DNA of 64,000 bases. Source: Chiloscyllium plagiosum (taxonomy: Eukaryota). The stretch covers positions 28,925,861 through 28,989,860 of the forward strand of contig NC_057746.1 of assembly GCF_004010195.1 (NCBI RefSeq), in the 5' to 3' direction. Shown in pieces: positions 26,363-41,400 of this stretch. The notes beneath the pieces were generated by a model. That model was not told the origin of the DNA. It made no database searches and worked only from the letters and a program-made list of their open reading frames with translations. A program made the position numbers and the translations under genes. Numbering within the stretch: position 1 is the first letter of the stretch; every line of letters begins with the position of its first letter.

Positions 26363-26402
26363 ATGTTTCTTCTGCTCTGGATTCTCGTTTGGATCTTTCA
26401 TG
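26363..26402 (+). CDS. Gene 2 signal-peptide exon (MFLLLWILVWIFH; exon probably starts 26319)
   Basis: ATG plus hydrophobic stretch, donor catg|gtaggg; joins in frame to VVTAEA of the IgV exon. Confidence 0.8.
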
Positions 26403-29400
26403 GTAGGGAAATACATCTGCAAGATACAAAAACCCGTTTGCTCTTTTGTATTTTGCTGTTGGGATCACTTGACAAGTCATTGAACCCTGAGCTAGAATTT
26501 CTTCTGTTTCTCACTCTTCATGTTTATCTATTCCTCACTTTGTTTTTGTCTCTTTGTCTCCAATCTCTGCCTCTATCCCTCACTGTCCCTCTGTCTGTCC
26601 TTTTCCACCACTCTATTTCTCCCTCTCTGTTCCTCCCTCTCTGCCTCGCCCTCTTACTCTGTTACAAATGTTAATATACAGCTGTGATCTAAGCGATGAC
26701 CAGTTGATCTGACTCTCTCTCCAGTGGTTACTGCAGAAGCGGTGACAGATTTTGCAGTGACAGGACCACCTAACGCTATCATAGGGGTTGTCAAGGGAAA
26801 CGTGGTCCTGGATTGTCAGTTGGTGCCAGCCAAAGCCCCAAAGAATATGGAAGTCCGCTGGATCAATACAGTCAATGGCTACAACTCACCTGTCCACATG
26901 TACAAGGAGGGAGCAGATGATTTGACATTCCAGCCTTTGGCCTACAGAGGCCGGACTGAACTGTTTCTCAATGAAGTGGCGCAAGGGAATCTCTCCCTCA
27001 GGCTCAAGGATGTCCAAGTCTCTGACGGGGGACAGTACAAGTGCTTTGTGGCATCTGATGAAAAACACCATGAGGTCAAACTCACGCTGAATGTGGCAGG
27101 TCAGTGACCATTTTGGAAACACCCTGTTTGACCTCCTCAGTGAAGGGTTTATTAAGGTGAAGGATTAAAATTCCTCTAAACCCTGATAGAGCAAAAATAG
27201 TTTGAGACCCTGACAGGATCAACACTGAGAGTCTATTTGAGGAATGTAGAACACAGGGACGCAAACTCAGAATAAGGGGACCATCACTTGGCACAGAGAC
27301 GAGAGGTTAATGTGGAGGCCAAGTAGTTGAGTGTATTTAAGATAGAGGTTTATAGGTTTTTGATTGGCAAAGGGATCAAGTGTTATGGGGAGAAGTCAGG
27401 AAAATGGGTCTGAGAAACATATCAGTCATGATTGAATGGTGGAACATAAGCGATTGACCAAATGGCCAAAGTTTGCTGATATATCATATGTTCCAACACC
27501 TGGCCCGTAGACCTGTATGCTTCAGTACTGTAAAAGCACATCTAAATAATTCTAAAGGCGTGAGTTGTGGATTCCCACCACCCTCTGAATGAAAACATTT
27601 TTCCTGACATCCTCTTGAACCCTCCTGCCCTTCACCTTAAATCTCTATCACCAGGTCATTGAACCCTCCACCAAGGGAATAAGTTTCTTTCTGTCTACCT
27701 TAATCTCTGCTCTTCATAATTTTATGTATCTTCTAATCATGTTTTCCCCCCACCACCCCTCCCCATCTGTCAAATTTGGGGCGGCACAGTGGTTAGCACT
27801 GCTGCCTCACAGCACCAGGGTCCCAGGTTCGGTTCCAGCCTCGGGCGACTGTCTGTGTGGAGTTTGCACATTCTCCCTGTGTCTGCGTGGGCACGCTCTG
27901 GTTCTCTGGTTTCCTTCCACAGTCCAAAAATATGCAGGTTAGGTGAATTGGCCATGCTAAATTGCCTGTAGTGTTAGGTGAAGGGGTAAATGTAGGGGAA
28001 TGGTACTGGGTGGGTTGGTCTTCGGAGGGTCAGTGTGGACTTGTTGGGCCGAAGGGCCTGTTTCCATACTGTGAGTAATCTAATCTAATCTCAGTTGCCT
28101 CTGGTCAACAGAAACAACTCCAATCTGTTTAAACCTGAAACAATTTTTAAAAAAAACGGACTGGAGAAAACCTGGAAATCTGACAGCATCTGCACAGGGA
28201 GAGAAACCAAGTTAGTAAGACTTTTTAAAGAGGGAAAAATTCAGAGGATTCCATCCATTCTTCCCATCTGGGATTGTGATTTTGCTTCTTTGAAACCATG
28301 GTCGAGAGTTTTGGTCTTGACATAATTGTCAGGGCAGCATTAACTTACTGTTAAATAAATTATGTCTTTGGTCTGACTTGAGTTCCATAAGTTTCCAGGA
28401 AAACCCATTTGCAAGTTGTTAATACTAAATAGTTCATAGGCACCTGCAAATGTGTTTAGTCACTGAAATTTTGAACAGAGACGAGTCCACCTTGTGAGGT
28501 TGTACACTTTTTGTGCGGAGACTATTTTCTTAACAGAGAAAGGTTTCAGAAATCTGAAGTGCAAAGGGACTTGGGAGTCCAAGTTCCTGATTCGGTTAAG
28601 GTTAACGTGCAAGTTCAGTTGGTAGTTTGGAAGGCAAATGTACTGTTGGCATTCGTTTCAAGATGGGTAGAATACAAGAGTAGGGATTTATTGCGGAGGC
28701 TGTATAAGGCTCTGGTTAGGCCTCATTTCAAAATTTGTAGGGTGGTTTGGGCCTCTTTTCTCAGGAAAAATGTACTGATGTTGGATGCAGGTCCAGAGGA
28801 AACTTATAATGACTATCCTGGGGATGAAGAGCTTTTCACATAGGAGAAGTTGAGGACCCTGGGCTTGTACTGGATGGAGTTTAGCAGGATGGGAGGGGTC
28901 TTCAGATTGAAATTTACAGAATACTGAGAGGCCTAGATAGATTTGTCGTGGAAGAGTTGTTTCCACTAGTAAAGGAGACAGGACCCAAGGGCAAGCCTAA
29001 GAGAGAAAGTATAACCTTTTAGAACTGAGATGAGGAGGAATGTGATAATCATTGTTACATATGGTTGCGGAGACTAAATCATTGAATGTATTTAACATAT
29101 AGATGGATGGGCTCATAAGGGGATGAAGGGTTACAGGGAGAAGATGAGAGAATGGGGTTGAGAAACATATGAGCCATGATTGAATGCAGTGCAGACTCGA
29201 TGGGCTGAATGGCCTAATTCTGCTACTATGTGCTATGGAGCACTCTGGATTCAAATCGGGTTAAAGTAACTTTAGAACAATGCCAGAGAACCATGTTCTG
29301 ATCCATGCAAGTCAGTGAATTTATAGTGAATTAAAAATTTCTGCGATGTTTATGCAATTTAAAAAGTTGTACTTGACTATTTTTTAAAAAAACTTCATCC

Positions 29401-32400
29401 TGTGGCCTCTTTGAAGGCCCAGAAACAAGGGTTATTTGTAAAAACTTTGCCCTGGTGTCTAATTTGTTCCCTGGGTAATTCCTGTCTGGACTGTTCCTCT
29501 CTCATCTCTCTGAGTGTGGTTTCTTCCTCCCTCCTTGCCCTGACAGATTGTGATCGAACCCTGGTTACCCTGTGTGGAGGGGATTATGAAAGCACAGGTC
29601 AGCTGCAATCTGACCGAGTGGTGTAGGGAGGCCATGACAGACTTTGCGGCCTACTCCCCTTCCTGATGTCTCTGTGATTGCAGGTACAGGCCGCCAGCCC
29701 AGGATCGAGCTGGAGGGCCAAACGGGCGCTGGCATCAGACTGGGCTGCAGATCCGAAGGGTGGTACCCACAGCCGCCCGTCCTGTGGGTAGATGGAGGTG
29801 GTGTGAACGTGACGGCCCAGCAGCAAACCACGTACCAGCCGGACCCTCAGGGGCTGTTCACTGTCAGCAACTCCATCAAGATCTCCAAGCACTCCCCCAA
29901 CAAGTACACTTGTGTCATTAACAATGTGATCCTGAAGGAGACACAGGAGGGTCACATCCAGATCGCAGGTCAGTCATGGTGGGAGAAGACTTTCCCAGAT
30001 ACTCAGCGGGCTGGGGGAAAGGACTTGAATCAAATTATTGAGAAATATAAAAGCCCGAGGAAATGCTGTGATTGAAATAGGCTCCTCATTGCCACTTGTC
30101 TCTGACCAGGGCCAAGGTCAGCCTCTCACGGCTACAGCTTGCCCGTCGTGGCAACAAAAAAGGCATTTTACCAGGAGAGAGGGAGTGATGGAGATTTGAG
30201 AGAGAGTGAGAGACTGCAACAGAAAGCGAAGGAGAGGGTGTGATGGAGAGAGAAGGAGAGGGTGTGATGCAGACTGGGGGAAGGAGAGGGTATGACAGAA
30301 GTGGGGAGGGAGAGGGTTGAATTGAGTTTGCGAAAAGAGAGAGAGGTGATGGACAGAGAGTGGTTGTTGGAGGGAGAGGGAAATAATGGAATGGTGGGTT
30401 CAGGAGAGGGAGATGAGTAAAGGAGGAGGGAGGGATGGAGAGGGGAGGGGTGATATAAACTGGAAATGGGGTGTGCCAATGGCTTTGTGTTAACTCAAGC
30501 AACTGGTTCATTTTCTCAAAGTCTCCCTTTTTCTGTTTTCCCCCATCCCCATCTCTCCCTTAATATCTTCCATTCTCCCTCTGCCTTTCTCTTTCCCCCT
30601 CTCACCCTTACTCTTTCTCCCTTCTCTCCTGTCCCACTTCCACACCTCCATCTCGCACCCCTTTCTTTCTCCATCTCTCATTCTCATCTCTTTCTTTTTC
30701 TGTATTTTTTTCCTTCTATCTCCCCATGTCCTCCACCTTTATGCCCATTCNNNNNNNNNNNNNNNNNNNNNNNNNNGGTGATGAAATGAGCAATATCTCT
30801 TTTTCTCTCTCTTTTTCTTTTTCTCTTTCTCCCTCATACACTGTCTCTTCCCTCCTCTCTTTCCTTCTCTCTCTTTCCTTTTCTATCTTTCTCCTATGCT
30901 CTCCATCACCCTCCCATCGTCCTCCCCCTCTGTCTCTTACTCCCATTCTCTCACTATCTCTGTCTCACTCTGACTGTCTCTGTCTCTCCTCATCTTTCTC
31001 TCGATACAGATTCCTTCTTCCCCGGTGTTTCCAGATGGCTGACAGCGTTCTGGATCCTGTTTGCTCTGATTGTTGTAGCAGTTGCTCTCGCAGTGTGGTA
31101 CCATTGGAAATTACAGAATAAGATTCAAGGTGACAAACTCTGCTCAAGCTCTTAGAACGTTTTTCAAGAATATTCGTAAACAGAATCTAATAAGTCATTA
31201 ACAGAAAATAAAACAGACAGTGCTTGTAACACTGCATAGATTAGGCAGAATCTGTGGAGAGAGAGAGACAGCGTTAGTGTTTCGGGGAAATAGGAGTATA
31301 TTTTTAGTGAAGTCTGTAATGAACAGTGTAATGAGGACCCTTTTCATTACGGTCCGACTCTGACTGTATCTCCCAAGGATATGGTGCCCATTGGATTCAT
31401 TAATTTATTTGGTTTTCTTTGCCAGGCCTCAAGATGTCTGATGGTTTTCTTGGTAAGTGATGTTTCTTCAATCTATGGGACATGTGCTGATGTTACACTG
31501 GCTCTTACTGTTGAGGACTTTCACACTCCCACTGTGACCTTTACTGTTTCTGTCCTGAGAGGGCTCCGACCCCTCCTGTATGTAACTGATCTCACCAGTC
31601 TCCGGGAGGTTCCCTCGGTCAGTTTCTGATCCAACCCTCAATTATCCAGCTGGGGCATTCTAGCATATAAACACTGCCTTGGTACCCGCACCCCCATCCC
31701 AAGACACTCCCTATCCCTTTCTGTTTCTTCCTCTCACCTAATTGTCTCTCTGCACTCCCCAACTCTCTACCCTGCTACTCTCTGCCCTCCCCCGCTACTC
31801 TTTTCCCCTCCCCAACGCACTCGCTTTCCTCTCCCCACCCCCACGCTCTCTCCCCCCACCGCGCNNNNNNNNNNNNNNNNNNNNNNNNNNNNNNNNNNNN
31901 NNNNNNNNNNNNNNNNNNNNNNNNNNNNNNNNNNNNNNNNNNNNNNNNNNNNNNNNNNNNNNNNNNNNNNNNNNNACATGTTCTCTTTCCCCCCCCATAC
32001 CGTCTCCTTCCCCTATCTTCCCCATTCCCTCCACACTCTCACCCCTCTCTGTCTTTACCTTATCTCTTCTCCCCAGTCTCTGCCTTTCCACCTCTCACTT
32101 TTCCCTCCTCCACGTTGTTCTCTTCCCGTTCTAATTGTACAGGGATTTGGTGAGATTGGAGCATTGAGTACAGCTTGTCTGCTTACCAGACTAAAGGTGT
32201 TCTGGTTGTGGACGTAGCACAATGTCGGCTTATCAGACTGTTGTGTGGGATAACAAGACTTGATCAATTAGATCTCTGAAGGGAGACTAGTTCACTTAGA
32301 ATTAATTTTTGGAGGTTCAAAGAATGAAGCTGAATCTCTCTACCCCTCTCTGTCTCTTTGCCCCTTTCCACCTGCACTCCTCATTCCATCAACTCCCATC

Positions 32401-35400
32401 CCATCCCCCCTACCCTGTCCCTCTATTTTCCCCACTCTACACCCTTCTCTCTACTCCTCTTTCTCTCTCTCATGCTCCTCCTCCCCCAACTTCTCCCTCA
32501 CTCTCTCCTTTCTCCTCCCCCTCTCTTCCTTCCTCACACTGCCTTTCTCTCTCTCTCGCTCTTTCCACATAGTTCTGCAATTACTTCTTGTCCTTTTTAA
32601 CTATTTCAGTGATTCCCTTCAGAAGGTTCCTGTTGAAAATCATGGGAAAAGAAAACCTTCTGGTACCTCTCTCATGTTTCTGTTTCCATTGTTTTGAGTC
32701 CATATCCTCTGTCAGTGACCCTCTCCCCAGTTTCTCTCCAGTTCATTCACTCTGATAACCAGACATTGGGTTCTTCTTCTTCTTCTCCTTCTTCTTCTTC
32801 TNNNNNNNNNNNNNNNNNNNNNNNNNNTCTCTCCCCCCCCTTCCTCCTCTCTTTCCCCCCCTTCCTCCTCCTCTCGCGCCTCCTTCCTGTGTGCTTCTCC
32901 CTCCTCCTCTTTTCCATTTCCTCCTCTCCCTCCCTTATATCTTTTAAGACTTTTTACAGTCGGGGAGAGTGGGTGATGTGATTTGGGTGGCGCACGTTGC
33001 CCTGGGATTGGGAAAGGGATAAGTGTGAGTTGCAAAGTGCTGCCACTGATTTAATGTTTTCCTTTGACTCATTACAGAACATGAAAGGCTGCTGGGTGAC
33101 ATGGGTGAGTTGCTGTTTGAAACATAAATGTGAAGGGAATGGGAAACCCAATGATGTGGAAATATAGTCACAGCATTTGAGAGAAGAACTCTAATCCTAG
33201 GCCTGGTGATGTAACGGTTAACAAATAGTTTGGGTTTGAAGGTCTTCATGGCATGAATAGTAAGAAATATTTGCTTTTCTGTAACACCTGTCACATTCTG
33301 AGAATATCTCAACGCATTTTATCGAAAATGATGTGCAGAACAAAATGAGAAGCCAGAGCAGGAGTCAGCTGGAGCAGGTTGAGCTGTTCCACTGTACAGC
33401 CTGATCTTGGCGGATTGACTTCTCTGCAATATCTCACGTAAAGAGCCTACATTTTTATTTTCCTGCATTTTTGATTGATGAGGCAAAGAATTCAGAAGAT
33501 TCACAGCCCATAGATTGAGGAGATTTCTCCTCATCGCAGACCTGAACGGGAAGAAAGGTTTTCAGAACTGTGGGTGGGTTGGCATTGAGAAGCGAAAGGA
33601 GGACGAGACTGTCGATATGTTCTGCAAGATGGAATAGTCAGGTTTTCTCCATTACAAAGATGAGTTTTATGTCTTGAATTAATTGTGGTTCTATGATGAA
33701 GTTTTGGCTTAAAGTTCCTATCCAGGGTTTGGGGACTAAACTCCAGGTTGACACTCCAGCACAGAGCTGAGGGAATGCTGCATTGTCAGAGGAGCTGCCT
33801 TTTAGATTAGGCTTCAATATGTGGTCTTTGAATGAATGGAAGCACATGCTGTGTCTCTAAGAAGAACAGATGAGGGCTCCCCAGTGTCCTGGCCAATATT
33901 TATCATGCGATTAACATCGGAGGAATGAAATGATCTGGTCATTGTCCTGGTTACTGTTTGTGGGATCTTGCTGTTCACAGGTTGGCTATGTAGAAGAATA
34001 CAGTGCAGAAGAGGCTTTTCAGCCCATCAGTCTATACTATAATGCTTCCTTTGTGATGAGATGTGCCTTTGAGAGGGATTTGTTCTGTCCTGGTTCTTGA
34101 AGAGAGGAATTGTAAACCTGGAGCCGAGGTGTCTGCTGCATGGACAGCAGAGTAAATAGCTTCTTCTTTAAAAAATTAAGCTGAAGAAGCCCGAGCACAT
34201 GGAGTCAGGCTCACAACGACCCAGCGTTTTAGTTTTGCTTTCAGTTGTTGAAGTTGGGGTTTTGGAGTGAAGCTACGAGATACAGCTCTCTCTTAGTTGC
34301 TACTAAAAGCTTACATTCCCTCTCTCTTTGCTGCTGGATTCATTCTGTTGGTTCCCCTTCTTCTGGACTGGAGGAGGTAGCAAGTGTGGAAAAACTGTTC
34401 TGCTGAATTTGCCTTCGCCAAGAGTGGGTTCATGGGATGCTGCAATATTGGAACAGTTGGTGTGTAGTAGTTAACTAGTATTTTATTAGGTCTTCAAGAG
34501 AGATAAAGTTGTGCCAATTCTTTGTTTTGAGTTTGCATTTTATTGTGGTGTCGGAATAGTGTTTTTCTCAAAGCCTGTTGGTTTGACCAATCAAGTCACA
34601 TTTACAAAGAAGGGCCTTACACTTGCCTCTAAATAAAAGTTCAGCTCTACGTTATCTTTTTATATGTTTGAGGAGGCTTGGTCTGGTCCATAACACATTA
34701 AATAGACAGTTCTGTTTCTATAAAACACTGGAGGACATATGGTCACTGTTAATTAAATCTAAATGAATCCTCTGTATTTTTCACCATTTCTTACATGGAT
34801 TATTTTTAAACTTTCAGAGCAAGAGAAGAGAAAGGTGAATGAAGGTTAGTAATCAGAAACCTGGGGATGCTGGGGACGGTTTCATTCAGACCCTGATTGT
34901 GTTTCTGTGCAGTTTCAAGACTGGAGTCAATTTCAAACCGAGATATTGCAAGGTCACTTTATTGTCATCTCATTGAGGTGTTTTCACGTTTTTTTTTAAC
35001 AGAGTATCAAAGACTGCACCAGGAGATAGGTAAGAACATGAAATCAATTGGATAGAAGGGAGTTGTGGGTGGATTATCCCCAGAGCAAGACAGTGGGAGA
35101 GTGATGGGAAAGCGGGATGGTAACTCTGACTGGGACCAGATTCTAGTGGGACAGAAACAGTCTTGGAACAACGTAGAACTCATTGCAAATCCCCTGATGG
35201 GTCTGCCATAAAGCAGGTGCTGAGTGAAGGAGTGGGTTTGGGCCTCTGCCTTTCTGGGAGCAAGAGGAGGACAGACTTTGACCTGGTTACTGTCGACTCA
35301 GGATCACATCGTTGTTTGTTTATTCCATTTCAGAGAACGCGAAGCAAGCAGGGAAAAAAGGTGAGTTATGTGAACACACGTTGTTTGGATTGTAATGTTT

Positions 35401-38400
35401 CATTTCAGCATCAGCCCGTCTGAAGACAAGTTAACAGGTTTGTAAATAACTGTTAATGGCCATATCACCCAAACTGTTCCATCAAAATGAACATTAAATT
35501 GTAAATGAACATTAAATGATGTGAAGTGGATGAGTTAATTCAGTCACTTCTTCACTGTGAGCTAGTTATGTTCATTGATCTCAGAACTGGGATCCTTGAG
35601 AAGCAGACTTTCCAGGAATTTCTTGAGTTGATGCGAACAAATCCCGGAGCTGGGAATCTGTGGATATCTAGAAATACACTCCTCTTTAAATCACTATTTA
35701 TTAATATTGCAGCAAGTCTGGTGTGTTCACTACTTTCCAAAATGCTCACTGATCGAAACTGCCAGCAAATGCTAGGACAGACTTAGCATCAGTTTTAAGA
35801 GGCACTGGATTTATGAGGATAGAGTCTAATCAGAGAGTGAACGGCAAAATTACTCTGCAGAGGGTGGCACGGTGGCCCAGTGGATAGCACTGCTGCCTCA
35901 CAGCGCTAGGGACCTGTGTTTGATTCCAGCCTCGGGCAACTGTCTGTGTGTACTTTACACATTCTCCCTGTGTCTGTGTGGGTTACCTCCCACAATCCAA
36001 AGATGTACAGGTTAGGTGAATTGGCTGTACTAAATTGCCCATAGTGTTCAGGGATGTGTCAGTTAGGTGCATTAGTCAAGGGTAATTGGTCTGGGTGGGT
36101 TACTCTTCAGATTGTCGGTGTAGATTTGGTGGGCTGAAGGGCCAGTTCCCACACTGTAGGAAAGAAAAGATTCCTATGATTTTGTTGTCTTTGCAACTTT
36201 GATAAAAAGGCTCATAAAACCTGAGCAGGATGCCTGGAGTTAATCACAGGCTTCTATTCAGAAGGAAGATTTAATCTTCCCATGAACACACACTCCTCCT
36301 GCTCCCTGAGATTGAGTGAGTTACACATTTTTTTATCAGGACATGTGTTTGTGAATCAGTCATTGATTTCATAATCGATTCTCTTCACAATTCTACAAAT
36401 AGTCAAATAACGTCTCCCATATTTCATTATTTTCTAGTCATTTCTAGTCTTTGACATTCTGATGTGAGGAAAAATGCATTCCTGACAACACAGTTTCATC
36501 TCATTCAACACCCTCTGACTGGGCTTTCACAGTCTAGCCTGTAAATTTGTGGCCATCCAGCACTCTATGTTTTCACTAACCCCTGTTCCACACCCATGTT
36601 TGTAGACCTACATTGGCTCCTAGTTGAAAAATGTCTCCATTCTTAATTTCCCACTCAATCCCCTCATGTCCTTGCCTTCTCTGCTCTGTAACTCTGACAT
36701 TCCTGTGCTCCTTTAATTCTAGCCTCTCGCATACCAAAAATTATAATTGTTCCTTCATTGGAGAGAACGGTTTCAGTTGCTTCAGTTCCAAACACTACAC
36801 CCCTACCCAAATCTCAATTTCCTTCTTTAAACACGGTCCCATGAAAACCTCCCTCATTGATAAAGCCTTTAGTCATCTGACCTAATACCTCACTGTGTAG
36901 CTGATATTTTTAAATGTAATATTTGAAGCATTTTGAGATGTAGTTGAAGAAAAACAGACTCTCTAAATGTATACGCAGTGTATTATCTGATAGGTGAGCA
37001 ATGCTATGCAAGAATTACTCATATAATAATTATTTTTAAAAAGTTTTTTTTGTCTAAACTTAAAAATATCTCTGAGAAATGATTTCAGGGATTTTTTTCA
37101 GTGACATTTCTGCTACAACCAATGATCTGATTTTACATTGCTTTGTTCTGCATATGACAAATTTTGCTCTTGTCTGTTTTTCTCTTCAGAATGTGAAGAA
37201 CTCCAGCAGTTGTACGGTAAGAGATCATTTCCAAAGCATTTTCTCTCTGGGTTTGGGTTCGCAGCTCATGTTCAGCACAGCTTTCTTCACCAGCATCGCA
37301 TTGGTCATGAGAAACTAAAGGCAATGTGGCGAAATACCCCAAGTTTATTCCTGGTGCTTTCAGCTTAATGGGTTTAGTTTTACTGGATATACCAAAGTGT
37401 TTGATGCCAACAGTCAGAGGTAGCTTTGTGCTATATCTAGTCCGTATCTGCATTTCCTGAGAGTATTTGATGGAACAGTAAAGAACAAGAAGATTTACAT
37501 TGTTCCTAACTATGCTGTACCTCCTGGGAATTTTTGATGGGGGTGGTATAGACAGACCTTCAATCTGATTCTAACCCTGTATTTTCCCTGACCCAGGAGT
37601 GTTTGATAGGATGGTTTTGAGGGAGCTTCACTTGATATCTAATTGTGTTATGCTGGAAGTATTTAATGGGACAGGGTAGAAGGATAGTTTTTATCCTGTA
37701 CCTAACCTGGTGGACTGGGTAATCTCATCACTGACCTGTGCAGGGCGAGGGTAGACCTGGATAATGTTCACCACATTCATTCCAGAAGCCTTGCAAGTGG
37801 TGGCATCTTCTAGAAGGTTCTATGCTTTAACATCTCTTTCTTTTCCTTTTTTACAGAAAAGAAAATGGCCATCATTATTGCAGGTAAGCAGGGAGCTGAG
37901 GAATTTCTGCTGGAGGAGAGGGACAGCAGATGTGTTATCAACTCTGGTTTGATGCACTTCTGGAGGTTTGGTCACATGACTTTGGTTGTGAGGAATTGGA
38001 GGAACAATCAAACAGGCCTTCCCCATCCCTCACTTTTTTTTCCCTCCAAACACCTTAATTATACCCCCTTGTGATAGCCATTTCTGTCCTAAAAAATCTC
38101 TGACTATTCACTCTGTCTCTGCCTGTCATCATCTTGTGCACCTCTATCAAATCGCCTCTCACCCTTCCTCGCTCCCATGAGAAAACCCTTAGCTTCCTCA
38201 ACATTTCTTCAAAAGACATGCCCTCCAGTTGAGGCAGCCTCCTGGTAAATCTCCTCTGCGCCTTCTCTAAATCTTCCACATGCTTCCTACAATGAGGTGA
38301 CCAAAACCGAACACAATATTCCAAGTGTGGTCTAACCAGGGCTCTGTAGAGCTGCAGCATAACCTTGCAGCCCTTAAACTAAATCCCCCAGCTAATGAGA

Positions 38401-41400
38401 GCCAACACACCATACGCCTTCTTAACAACCCTATCAACTTATTTTCTAAATTCAAAGACATTTAAATAATCCACACATTGTGTAATTCTGAGAGTTCCCA
38501 TTCCTGGGCAGTGGTCACTTTGACCAAGATATTGACCATTCCTTCCTGGAGAGTTGTTTCCCCGTGTTACTGAACATCTGTTCGTGTTCCAGCTGCTTCA
38601 TGTCTTCTGGGTTTTGTCTCTACTCTGAGGGAAAAGGCATAGAGTGAGAGAGATGTACAGCATGGAAACAGACCCTTCAATCCAACTCGTCCATGCTAAC
38701 CAGATATCCTAAAATAATCAAGTTCCATTTGCCAGCATTTAGCCCATATCCCTCTAAAGCTTTCCTATTCATATACCCATCCAGATTTGTTTTAAATATT
38801 GTAATTGTACCAGCCCCACCATGTCCTCTGATGGCTCATTCCATACACTCACCACCCTCTGCGTGAAAACATTTCCCCTTGGGTGCCTTTTAAATCTTAA
38901 GGTTTAAATGATCTTGTCTATTTATCCTCTTCATGCCCCACATGATTTTATAAACCTCCAGGGAAAACAGACCCAGCCTATTCAGCCTCTCCCTATAGCT
39001 CAAATCCTCAAACCTTGGTAACATCCCTGTAAATCTTTTCTCAACCCTTTCAGATTTCACAACATCTTTCCAATAGCATGAACTCTTCACTCCCCAGATG
39101 ATGCCAATGTTGGCCTGACCCAATGCTTGCCGTGGTATTCAGGTCGATGATTCCTGCTGTAGCTGGGGGTTTGCTGTGTGGGTACAGATGATACTGAGAA
39201 CCGTCGATTGGATTGGTGTTGCACTATCCACTGCTCCAGTTTGTGGTGGTAGATGCTTCCATGGGCTACTGCTGGTTCCTCCCAGACCGAGTGAGTCTGG
39301 CTAATGGAGACTGAGCTCAGAGCACAGAGGTCAATCTAGAGCACAGAGGACAACAAAAGATAGCAGAAAAAGAAGGTTGAGACATTGTGAAATTCAAATT
39401 TGTGATTAATGCCTCTCCCTTATCTATTACAGAACATGAACAATTTAAGAAACAAGTTGGTAAGTAATTTAATCAGAATTTTTATTTCTGTCGATGGCCA
39501 ATTCAAACCAAAGGCAGACTTACTGCAGCTCTTCCACAGTTCGTGCTCAGACTGGGGCCTGTTTCTCCATGTGTACTCAGTCTGGGGGCTGTTTCTCAGT
39601 CTCTGCTCAGGCTGGGGGCCTCTATCTGTGCTTGGGCTGAAGTCTGTTTCTCACTCTGTGCTCGAGCTGGTACCTGTTTCTCAGTCTGCGCTCAGCCTGG
39701 GGCCCGTTTTTCAGGCTGTGCTCAGGCTGGGGACCTGTTTCTCCGTCTGCGCTCGGGCTGGGGGCCTGTTTCTCAGTCTGCGCTCAGGGCTTAGGGGCCT
39801 GTTTCTCAGTTTGCGCTCGGGCTGGGGGCCTGTTTCTCAGTCTGTGCTCAGTCTGGGGGCCTGTTTCTCAGTCTGTGTTGGGGCTCAGTTACGTTACCAG
39901 TGTCGAGGAGCACACATTTTAGCCTTGATTTTCCATTTTATTAATATTGTATAATATCTCACTCGGGTCATTGTTCCATGCTATTGCTAAGTTCTTGATT
40001 CTGTCTTACAGATGAAGAGAGGGAGTCGGAGAAAGCAGGTATGTAACTGTGTGTGGGCCTGAAGAAGTGAAGTTCACCTCGACACTGGAGCAGGGAGGGA
40101 ACTGGGATGGTGCATGCTCTGACAGGGAACAGATTGAAAACCCAGAAGCAGACAGCAAATGCTTCTCTCTCTGCTAATTTTCATTCTCAGTCTCTCTGCC
40201 TCACTCGCATTTCATATTTTCTCTCGCTTTCCTCTCCCATTCTCATCTTCTGCTCCTCAGAATCTCTCTATCTGTCTCTCTCTCTGACACCCACACCCCA
40301 AATGCTCCCCAGGTTCTTTCTTTCTTTCCCTTTTTCATTCATTCTCTTCTGCTCTCCTTCCTCACCTTCGCCTTCTCTTCTGCTAATGTCTCTGCATCTC
40401 TGTCTCTCTTTTCCTCCTTGTGTCTCCCCATCCCTCTCCTCTTCCTGCTTGTTTTCTCCCCAGTTCTCCATCTCTCCCCTGCCCCCCCACCCCCAATCTC
40501 TACATCTATCTCTCCTTCTTTTCACAAAATGATTGGTTAGTGATCTAAAACAAAGAAACTCAGCAGTCCAGGGAACATCAGTTGAAAGAGGAAAAACTAA
40601 GTTAATGTTTCAAACCTATTTCATTGTTTTTGTACCATCTCCTTGTAAATCACTTGGTGCCCAAAGGCAGTATATGAACACAGGTCGGTTCATTTTTTGT
40701 TTGAAATCAGCTTTGGGAAATAACTACTGATAATAAAATTTGTATGTGTTGGTAAGTGTATAGTCAATTGTTTATTTGAAGATGTCAGCTCTTTGCTTTA
40801 ACCATTTCTGATCATTCCTTATTCACAGAATATCAGAAGCTACGCACTGAATTTGGTGAGTTAGCTGTCAGTAAAAATGTGCCTTCATCTTCAGCTCAGC
40901 TGCAGTTAGTAATTGAGCATAAAAAAAAAACAGGTTCAAGTCTGCACCATGCTTTCCCTCAGTTGGGTGTAATAATCTGGGATTGACTAGTCTCCCTCCT
41001 GGTGTTACAAATAACTTGTTTACTGAAACAGATTTCTAGACAGAGCTGCAGGCACTCATGAGAGATTGAACATCTAGAGATCATCATGTCTGTAAACGGC
41101 AACTTTGTAGAAAGTGATCTGGGCCTCCTCATTTTTAACTAAAATTATAGAGTCTGGATTCACTTTGAATTGATCACGTCCCAGTTAATAAACATGGATT
41201 GGGTATTTACTTTGCAGCAGGAAGACAAAGCTAGCTTTTATAAGGTGTTGCTGGGCAATGGGTCCAATTTTCGTCCCTTCAAATTTCGTTCAAGATGGAA
41301 ACTCAGGCAGTTCTATTGCAGGAGGCTAATCCTCCAGTGCTTCTCAGAAAATATACCCTTGCGTGTTCTTTACCAAATATGAAAATATTGGTGGGAGTTG

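Noticed and set aside
27779-27850. tRNA-like A/B boxes
   Set aside because: SINE heads followed by the V domain; no full cloverleaf
39540-39890. CRISPR-like periodicity
   Set aside because: Contiguous tandem units without unique spacers in vertebrate DNA
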